The position numbers and the translations under genes were made by a program. Positions 57,497-64,000 of a stretch of DNA of 64,000 nt are shown piece by piece. This DNA is from Bradyrhizobium sp. (GTDB lineage: Bacteria; Pseudomonadota; Alphaproteobacteria; Rhizobiales; Xanthobacteraceae), in contig NZ_JAUYQU010000288.1 in the NCBI RefSeq assembly GCF_030697065.1, positions 3,722 through 67,721 on the forward strand. The letters are read 5' to 3'. The first letter of the stretch is position 1. Every line of letters begins with the position of its first letter. The notes below the pieces were generated by a model that was not told the DNA's origin, did no database searches, and saw only the letters and a list, made by a program, of their open reading frames with translations.

Positions 57497-58171
57497 TCAC
57501 GCCATGAACATGCGCGCGGCGGAGGCCATCGTCAGCAGCGCGCCGAAGGCGATGAAGATCTTGCCGATCAGCGAGGTCTGGTCCCAGGCGGAATCTTCCT
57601 TGCTGCGGGCCACGACAGGCGCGGCAGGGGCGGGCGGCGCCTCGGCCGACGCCAGCGTCAGGATTGGCGCAGCAGGCTTGGCTTCAGAATTGGCCTCGGA
57701 TTTGGCCTCTTGCAGCGCGCGGTCGAGATCGTTGAGCTGATCGGGGGCCACGACCCCGGGCTCGGCGGCCGGCTGGCCGTCAACCGGCCTGTCCGCGGCG
57801 GTCTGCAGCATCGTGCCGGCTTGCGCCGACATCGCCTTGGCGCTGCCGGCGGGCGGCTCGGCAGCGGGCAGTTGCGCGTTGGCATTGGCGATCGACGGCG
57901 CGATCTCGGTCGAGCCATTGCCGGTGTCCTCGGTCACCTTGCCGGCGGCCTGGGATTTCAGCGCCTTGCTGGATTTTCGCTGCGCGCTTTGTTTCGATTG
58001 GCGTGGCTTGGGGGATTTGTTGAGCGCCATCGGCGCTCTGGAGGTCTGTTGGGATTTCGGGCTTGCGGTCGCGGTGTCGCCATCTGGCGCCGCCTGCGAT
58101 GGACCCGCGAAACACACCAAGAGCGCTGTCACCACGATCAATGCCGAGCACCCGCTGGCTTTGATGATCAT
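57497..58171 (-). CDS. Exported low-complexity protein with C-terminal TM anchor
   Basis: Signal peptide ending PSQA; Ala/Pro/Lys/Ser-rich middle; VV..DQLNDLDRAL; C-terminal WDQTSLIGKIFIAFGALLTMASAARMFMA. Confidence 0.7.
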   Translation of the reverse strand: MIIKASGCSALIVVTALLVCFAGPSQAAPDGDTATASPKSQQTSRAPMALNKSPKPRQSKQSAQRKSSKALKSQAAGKVTEDTGNGSTEIAPSIANANAQLPAAEPPAGSAKAMSAQAGTMLQTAADRPVDGQPAAEPGVVAPDQLNDLDRALQEAKSEANSEAKPAAPILTLASAEAPPAPAAPVVARSKEDSAWDQTSLIGKIFIAFGALLTMASAARMFMA

Positions 58172-58400
58172 TTGGCAATCTCCCCATTTTGCCCGTCCCC
58201 GGGAGGGAAATGAGACCCCACCGCGTGGCCGCAGCACGGCGGAAAAAGGGAATCTTCGGGCGAGACCGGGCGAAAGCAGGGCAAGTTCTACCCGGCTGGC
58301 CGATGCGGTGGGTGTCAGCGCAAGCGATCGATGTTATGAGCCTGCAGAACGAACCCGCTGACGCGATTCCCGAAGCCGATGCGAGATTCTCAAGGCCGCC

Positions 58401-58435
58401 GGAGCGCTGATCACGACTTCGTGATTAGCCGCTCC
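58401..58435. other. Long hairpin just upstream of the ECF promoter
   Basis: GGAGCG-CTGATCACGA-CT-TCGTGATTAG-C-CGCTCC: 16 pairable positions with one G-T and one bulge. Confidence 0.45.
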
Positions 58436-58439
58436 CGGG

Positions 58440-58465
58440 GTAACAAATTGAAAGATCGAACGAAT
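58440..58465 (+). promoter_or_regulatory. Candidate autoregulatory EcfF/SigF-type (ECF16) promoter
   Basis: GTAACA (58440-58445), 15 nt, CGAA (58461-58464); about 19 nt before the sigma GTG. Fits the GTAAC...CGAA motif known for this group. Confidence 0.6.
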
Positions 58466-58483
58466 TGCAATGTGGGAGCGCGC

Positions 58484-59029
58484 GTGCGCGAACGTGAGGA
58501 CGAATGGACCGGCCTGATGCGGTCGGCCATTTCAGGCGACGATGCGGCGTATCATCGCTTGCTCAGGGCCGTCACGCCGGTGCTCAGGGCCGCGGCTCGC
58601 CGCGGCCTGACGCGGGCCGGGCAGCCGCCCGATCAATCCGAGGACATCGTGCAGGACATTTTGTTGGCGGTGCATCTGAAGCGGCATACCTGGGACGCGA
58701 ACGCCCCGTTCGCGCCATGGCTGTTTGCGATCGCCCGCAACAAGCTGATCGATGCGCTGCGCCGGCGCGGCCGGCGGGTGTTCGTCAACATCGACGATTT
58801 CGCCGAGACGCTGCCGGGCGAGCCGGCGGCGGAGACCGTGCCCAGCAGCGAGGTCGCGGCCCAGTTGCAGTCGCTGCCGGCGCGACAGCGTGACGTGCTG
58901 CAGTCGATCGCGGTCGATAGCGCATCGATCCAGGATACCGCGAAGAAATTAGCGATGAGCGAGGGCGCGGTGCGCGTGGCGCTGCATCGCGGGCTGGCCA
59001 GCCTCACCGCGAAGCTACGGGGACAATGA
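58484..59029 (+). CDS. ecfF: ECF sigma factor, EcfF/SigF-like
   Basis: W..LM..A..GD.AAY..LL, EDIVQ.ILLAVH.KRHTWD...PF.PWL.AIARNK.IDALRRRG, region 4 SI...A..L.MSEGAVRVALHRGL; followed by a DUF1109 anti-sigma. Confidence 0.75.
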   Translation: MREREDEWTGLMRSAISGDDAAYHRLLRAVTPVLRAAARRGLTRAGQPPDQSEDIVQDILLAVHLKRHTWDANAPFAPWLFAIARNKLIDALRRRGRRVFVNIDDFAETLPGEPAAETVPSSEVAAQLQSLPARQRDVLQSIAVDSASIQDTAKKLAMSEGAVRVALHRGLASLTAKLRGQ

Positions 59030-59031
59030 GA

Positions 59032-59670
59032 ATGGAGACCGATCAGCTCATTCGGACCCTCGCCGCCGATAACGCGCACCGGGCGCGGCCGGTCGGGTTC
59101 GCGCTGGCGCTGGCGCTGTTGCTGGCGGCGCCGGTTTCGATCGCGCTTTTCATGGCCGAACTTGGGGTCAGGCCCGATGTCATGACCGCGATGCGCAATC
59201 CGTTTTTCGACCTGAAGTTCGTCGTAACGCTGGCGCTGGCGATTCCGGCCATCGCCATCAGCCTGCATCTGTCGCGGCCGGAGGCCTCGCTGCGGGGCTG
59301 GGCATGGCTGCTGCTGATTCCGATCGGACTTCTGGTCGCGGGGATCGGCGGCGAAATGATGATGCCGCAGCGGCCGCCGATGATGAAGCGTTTGATCGGG
59401 AGCAATGCGTGGAATTGTCTGACCTGGATTCCGCTGATGGCGCTGCCGCTGCTGGCGGCGGCGCTGCTCGGCTTGCGTCACGGCGCCCCGACGCGGCCCG
59501 CCACGGTCGGCGCGATCGCCGGGCTGCTGTCGGCGGGTCTGGCAGCAACGCTTTACGCATCACATTGCACCGACGATTCACCGCTGTTCGTCGCGACCTG
59601 GTACACCATCGCCACCGCGTTCGTCGCCGCAATCGGCGCGTTGGCGGGGCCGAAGGTGCTGCGGTTTTAG
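59032..59670 (+). CDS. nrsF: DUF1109/NrsF/OsrA family membrane anti-sigma factor
   Basis: METDQLIRTLAAD; about 6 TM; Cys at 129 (NAWNCL) and 179 (YASHCTDDS) counting from ATG 59032; LRHGAPTRP; F.A.WY. Alternative start at 59026. Confidence 0.85.
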   Translation: METDQLIRTLAADNAHRARPVGFALALALLLAAPVSIALFMAELGVRPDVMTAMRNPFFDLKFVVTLALAIPAIAISLHLSRPEASLRGWAWLLLIPIGLLVAGIGGEMMMPQRPPMMKRLIGSNAWNCLTWIPLMALPLLAAALLGLRHGAPTRPATVGAIAGLLSAGLAATLYASHCTDDSPLFVATWYTIATAFVAAIGALAGPKVLRF

Positions 59671-59680
59671 CGTGATTGGC

Positions 59681-60790
59681 CTACGTCGGTGCGGCGGCGG
59701 TCTGTTGCATCCGGTGGAAGCGCAGGACCTGCTGGGCGGTTGAGGTCCGCAGCCGTTCATAAGTGGCCTTGCACGCCGCAAGATCGGTCGGCTCCAGGCC
59801 GGAAAGTTCGTCGCGCATGTCGATGATCGCCTTGACGGTCGACCACGACATGGTCGCGACCTTGGCCAGGATCATCACCCCCTCGGCACGGGTTTCCAGC
59901 ATCATGTTCTCGGCGATCGACACCGGCACGCTGGCGAGGGCGGCGAGCGCCGCATTGGCTTCGTCGAATTTGCCGGCCTCGGCGAACGCCGCTACCTGGA
60001 ATTCGTCGAGCCGGCCGTCTTCGTAGAGCGATTTGACCAGCGCGTGGGCGATCGCGGTTTCCCTGGTGATGGCCACAGGCGCGGAGCGCGCCAGCCGGCT
60101 CGCTTCGCGCACGGCGGTCGGCACTTCTCCGGCCTGCTGCGGATGAGCGGCCTCAAGCCGCTCCCGAACCGTTGCGGACGCCTTGGCGATCAGTTTGAGG
60201 TAGAGGTGCCGGGGCAGCGTCGGACGCAGGCCGACACAGGTCGCGAGGCTGTCATCGCCCTCGGCGCGATGGATCAGCCGGGTGAAGCCGCGCTCGGAGA
60301 ATTCCGCGCCGGGATTGTTGACCGTGCTCTGGACCACCTCGTCATTGCCGCGCAGTACCAGTACGTCGGTCACAGCGCCGCTCAGCACCCTTCGGAGCGA
60401 GATCGCCATCAGATGCGCCTGGCTCTTGTTGCGCGCGGTCTCGATCAGCACCTCGTCGTCGAGCCGTTCCGATCGCGACAGCACCGGTGCTGCCACCTCG
60501 ATCAGCTCGTCGTAGGCCAGCGTGCGAACGGTAAGCGGCGGGGCAGTGTCGATCGGAGCCAGACGATTGGAGAGCAGCGCCCTGGCGGAGGTCTCGATGT
60601 GTTCCATCAGGCACTGGAACACATCGTCGAACACCCCCACCTGCTCGTCCGAGTAATCCACCGCGCCGTTGATGAAGAGGTCGGTGACGCGGCGCAGGGT
60701 CTCGACCCGGCGCGCGACGGTTCCATGCGCAAGCGTGGTTTGCAGCTCGTCGAGCAGACTTTCGGTACTGGCGGCGGATTTCGAACTCAT
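59681..60790 (-). CDS. DUF2336 family protein
   Basis: RRVETLRRVTDLF, FDDVF..L...IE..ARA.LS.RLA....AP, VA.PVL.RS..L.D..LIE.A...SQ.HL.AIS.R, VTDVLV.RG...V, N.GA.FS..GF..L. Confidence 0.85.
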   Translation of the reverse strand: MSSKSAASTESLLDELQTTLAHGTVARRVETLRRVTDLFINGAVDYSDEQVGVFDDVFQCLMEHIETSARALLSNRLAPIDTAPPLTVRTLAYDELIEVAAPVLSRSERLDDEVLIETARNKSQAHLMAISLRRVLSGAVTDVLVLRGNDEVVQSTVNNPGAEFSERGFTRLIHRAEGDDSLATCVGLRPTLPRHLYLKLIAKASATVRERLEAAHPQQAGEVPTAVREASRLARSAPVAITRETAIAHALVKSLYEDGRLDEFQVAAFAEAGKFDEANAALAALASVPVSIAENMMLETRAEGVMILAKVATMSWSTVKAIIDMRDELSGLEPTDLAACKATYERLRTSTAQQVLRFHRMQQTAAAPT

Positions 60791-60871
60791 GACTCTATCC
60801 TGGAATCCTGGAGCATTCGGACATCTGCGCCGGCGACGTTTCTTCGTCGTCCGGAAGCGGCGGTGGTCGGA

Positions 60872-62020
60872 TCAAGCGCTGGCGATGCGATTGCGTCCCC
60901 GTGCCTTGGCTGCGTAAAGCGCGCTGTCGGCGCGCGCGAGGATGAGGTCGGGCGTCTCGGCCGGCTTCAGCGTCGCTATACCGGCCGAAATCGTCACCTG
61001 CATGCCGGGCGAGAACGCGCTCCAGTCGAGATCGGCGATGATCGCGCGCAGCCGGTCGAGGATGCGCGCGGCGCCCTCAGCCGACGTGTCGGGAAGCAGC
61101 AGCAGGAATTCCTCGCCGCCATAGCGGCCGAACTTGTCGATGGGACGGATGTTGGCGAATACGGTAATGGCAAATGTCCGGAGCACCTCGTCGCCGGTAG
61201 GGTGGCCGTAGGCGTCGTTGATGCGCTTGAACCAGTCGAGGTCGATCAAGGCGACCGAGCAGGGTTTCCGGCTGCGATGGGCGCTGGTAATTTCGTCGTC
61301 CAGCACGCCCATGATGCAGCGGCGGTTGAGCGAGCCGGTCAGCTCGTCGAGCTCGGCGAGTTCTTCGATGCGCTTGTAGGCTTCCTTCAGCTCGACCCCG
61401 CTCCTGTAGAGCGACTGACGCATCGCGCTGGAGAAGATCCCGATGAACATGCAGCGGCCGATGGTCAGGACGAACACCGTCATCGTGGCGAAGCGTTCGA
61501 TGGGATTGCCGTGCGGCATTGCAATCGGCTTGTCGGTCAAGAGAAACAACCCGGCAAGACCCAAGGCCATCCCGGTCCAGATGATCGCCGTCTGTTGCGG
61601 CGTCGAGCGCAGCGAGCCGAAACTGAACACGACAAACAGGGTGCACAGGAACATGACGCCGACTTCCGGCGCGATCCAGGTGAAGGCGAGCATGATCACC
61701 ATGTTGATGATCGACTGCGGTGCGACCAGATAGTGATCCCTGAACCGCTCGTTGAACCCCATTTCCGAGACCGCGATCGAGCCCGCGACAAAGATCAGAC
61801 CGCAGGCCGCAAAGGCCGGCCCGATCGTCACCGGTATCGTGCCGGCATAGGCATAGATCATCAGGACGGCGGCATCGATGATATAGCTGGCACCGATCAT
61901 GACCAGAATCTGGCGGCGCTGCCGCGCCCGACGGGCCAGCGCTTTCGCCGTCGGCTTGGGGCCCACGCCTTCCAGTTCGGCCGCAATCGGGTTCAGGAAT
62001 GAGGACGCAGCGGTGCCCAT
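60872..62020 (-). CDS. Membrane-anchored diguanylate cyclase
   Basis: N-terminal multi-TM region; DELTG.LNRR, DLDWFK.IND.YGH..GD.VL, RPID (I-site) followed by KFGRY-GGEEF. Confidence 0.92.
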   Translation of the reverse strand: MGTAASSFLNPIAAELEGVGPKPTAKALARRARQRRQILVMIGASYIIDAAVLMIYAYAGTIPVTIGPAFAACGLIFVAGSIAVSEMGFNERFRDHYLVAPQSIINMVIMLAFTWIAPEVGVMFLCTLFVVFSFGSLRSTPQQTAIIWTGMALGLAGLFLLTDKPIAMPHGNPIERFATMTVFVLTIGRCMFIGIFSSAMRQSLYRSGVELKEAYKRIEELAELDELTGSLNRRCIMGVLDDEITSAHRSRKPCSVALIDLDWFKRINDAYGHPTGDEVLRTFAITVFANIRPIDKFGRYGGEEFLLLLPDTSAEGAARILDRLRAIIADLDWSAFSPGMQVTISAGIATLKPAETPDLILARADSALYAAKARGRNRIASA

Positions 62021-62406
62021 AATCTCGCCGGTAATGAACTAAAGTCTCGGGAATCTAAGTGGGAAGCCTTTAGGTTTGGTATCTTTCGTGCTGAATCCGG
62101 ATCTTCGGCAGTGCTATTGCCTTGCTCGGCAAGGGAATTTGTCGGAACCCGATACCGCGCAATCGGAACAGACCGAGAGGAACCGGTTAACGTGGACACG
62201 GTAAGCAAGTGCTACTTTGTGTCACCCCGGCGAGGACCACCGGTGCGAACAATGGATTTCTGTATTAAGATACCATTTGTACGTTCGTACCCGCGACTGT
62301 GGGGTAGATCACACATGAAATTGCGGGCTTGCGATAATTTCAAGAATCTTGCCTTTCCCATCGAACCACCCGCCAATCCCATCCGACCAACCTTGCGAGA
62401 CGGCCA

Positions 62407-62976
62407 TTGAGTGCGACACAGGCGGCTACGGACGATGTCCTGATCGCTCGGATCGCTCAAGGCGACCGGCTCGCCATGCAGGTGCTGTACGGAAGGCACC
62501 ATGTCAGGGTGTTCCGCTTCGGGCTTCGGCTCGTTCGGGACGAACAGGTTGCGGAAGACCTCATTAGCGAGGTTTTCCTGGATGTCTGGCGGCAGGCCGG
62601 CAAGTTCGAAGGCCGATCCGCCGTTTCCACCTGGCTCCTGGCGATTACGCGGTTCAAGGCCCTGTCTGCGCTGCGGCGCAGGAAGGACGGCGAACTGGAC
62701 GACGAGGCCGCCAACGCGATCGAGGATACGTCCGATGATCCCGAAGTGGCGGTGCAGAAGAAGGATACCAGCATCGCGTTGCGCAAGTGCCTCACCGCAC
62801 TCTCGCCAGAGCATCGGGAGATCGTCGATCTCGTCTACTACCACGAAAAATCCGTGGAAGAGGTCGCTGAAATCGTCGGGATACCCGAAAACACCGTGAA
62901 GACGCGCCTGTTTTATGCGCGCAAGAAATTGGCCGACCTGCTGAAGGCAGCCGGCATAGAACGAGGTTGGCCATGA
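62407..62976 (+). CDS. ECF sigma factor (second)
   Basis: D..LI.RIA.GD..A...LY.RH, AEDL.SEVFL.VWR.A..FEGRS.V.TWL.AI.RFKA, LS..HRE...L.YY...S..E.A.I.GIP..TVKTR.FYARKKL; TTG start. Confidence 0.9.
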   Translation: MSATQAATDDVLIARIAQGDRLAMQVLYGRHHVRVFRFGLRLVRDEQVAEDLISEVFLDVWRQAGKFEGRSAVSTWLLAITRFKALSALRRRKDGELDDEAANAIEDTSDDPEVAVQKKDTSIALRKCLTALSPEHREIVDLVYYHEKSVEEVAEIVGIPENTVKTRLFYARKKLADLLKAAGIERGWP

Positions 62977-63671
62977 TGGCAGCGAGCAAGAAAGTGCTGG
63001 ATCAAGAACCCAGCGAAATCGAAGTGCTGCTGCCCTGGCATGCGGCCGGCACCCTGAACGCGCGCGATACCCGCCGTGTCGATGAAGCGCTGGCGCGCGA
63101 TCCTGAACTGGCCAGGCAATATGCCGTGATCCGGGAAGAGTACGCCGAAACCATCTCGCTCAACGAAAGCCTCGGTGCTCCCTCCGCCCGCGCCATGGCG
63201 AAGCTGTTTGCAGCGATCGACGGAGAACCTGCGCGCGTGCCGTCGGGATCGCTCAATCTCCGGGCTAAGATCGCGGAATTTTTTGCCGGTCTGTCCCCGC
63301 GGACGCTGGCCTGGTCGGCGAGCCTTGGCGCGCTGGCGCTGCTGCTGCAGGCCGGTGTGATCGGCGCGGTGCTGGTGAAGAACCAGACATCGTCATTCCA
63401 GACGGCCTCGCTGAGCACCAACGCGCCCGTCACCCGCGACCTCGGTGCGGCGGCAGCGCCCTATGCGCTGGTACGGTTCGCGCCGGAAGCGCGCGTTGCC
63501 GATATCACCGCACTGCTCGACAGCTATCAGGCCGTCGTCACCGACGGCGCCAAGGGCGGGATGTTTCGGCTGCAATTCGGCAATGGTGCGATGAGCAAGG
63601 ACGAAGTTGCCGCTCTGCTGAGCAGGCTGCAACGCGAAAAAATCGTCAGTCTCGCAGTGGCTGCGCCGTAG
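62973..63671 (+). CDS. Putative anti-sigma factor (cytoplasmic ASD, one TM, periplasmic domain)
   Basis: ATGA overlap with the sigma gene; IE.LLPWHAAGTL......V..AL..DP.L; single TM ALALLLQAGVIGAVLV. Confidence 0.75.
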   Translation: MMAASKKVLDQEPSEIEVLLPWHAAGTLNARDTRRVDEALARDPELARQYAVIREEYAETISLNESLGAPSARAMAKLFAAIDGEPARVPSGSLNLRAKIAEFFAGLSPRTLAWSASLGALALLLQAGVIGAVLVKNQTSSFQTASLSTNAPVTRDLGAAAAPYALVRFAPEARVADITALLDSYQAVVTDGAKGGMFRLQFGNGAMSKDEVAALLSRLQREKIVSLAVAAP

Positions 63672-63710
63672 GCCCGCGCTTTCGCCGGCTTGCGTAAAAC
63701 CCGAGGCGTC

Positions 63711-64000
63711 ATGATGCACGATCTCGCGAACTGGTTGATTGGCATACGGCGTGCGGCGTTGGCGTTGACGGCCGCCACGGCGTCGTTCGTGTGCCCCGAT
63801 ATACCGGCAGCTCACGCGCAGAATGTGATGCGCTCGCCCAACCTCAACATCCAGTCGCGAATGCCTGCCATCAATCCGACCATGGCGCCGCGGATCAATC
63901 CGAACGTCGCGGGCGGGGCGGCCGCCATCGGCAGAACGCCACCCGTCGGCCAGAGAGCCCGTATCGGCGTGACGTCGACGCTTCCGAATGCGCGCTTCTC
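63711..64000 (+). CDS. 5' part of a secreted protein (truncated by window); possibly an S8 peptidase by context
   Basis: Manual translation from ATG 63711: MMHDLANWLIGIRRAALALTAATASFVCPDIPAAHAQNVMRSPNLNIQSRMPAINPTMAPRINPNVAG..., open to the window end. No catalytic motif is visible in the window. Confidence 0.5.
   Translation, partial: MMHDLANWLIGIRRAALALTAATASFVCPDIPAAHAQNVMRSPNLNIQSRMPAINPTMAPRINPNVAGGAAAIGRTPPVGQRARIGVTSTLPNARF

Overview
GC-rich alphaproteobacterial chromosome segment; gene content and repeat types suggest Bradyrhizobium-like Nitrobacteraceae (inference). I see no tRNA, rRNA, CRISPR array, integrase or transposase. Left to right: tctCBA transporter (tctA truncated by the window edge); Kef/YbaL antiporter; stand-alone sCache protein plus a methyl-accepting chemotaxis protein; eutB-hpnP-eutC; a large hopanoid locus (extra MMPL transporter, two small secreted proteins, hpnCDE-shc-hpnG, ispH-hpnH, hpnN, DUF2147, hpnO); GFA protein; LLM oxidoreductase divergent from an atypical P450; hydantoinase/oxoprolinase-TetR-ABC-DMT operon; alpha/beta hydrolase, GMC oxidoreductase, M20 amidohydrolase; a radical SAM-HhH / DUF4130-UdgX operon head-to-head with imuA-imuB-dnaE2 across one perfect LexA box; acyl-CoA enzymes; EcfF/OsrA-like sigma/anti-sigma pair; DUF2336 and a membrane diguanylate cyclase; a second ECF/anti-sigma pair; the start of a secreted protein. 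Most interesting signals: (1) the LexA-box-sharing rSAM/DUF4130-UdgX plus mutasome module, whose chemistry is not established; (2) palindromic repeat elements sitting in-frame inside dnaE2 and imuB, and possibly imuA; (3) four phased GTTGAAGAAC-like repeats upstream of hpnP, which itself splits eutB from eutC; (4) two EcfG-type promoter motifs in the hopanoid locus; (5) a P450 with Glu-Pro replacing the I-helix acid-Thr pair. All family assignments come from motif recognition by eye; no database searches were run.
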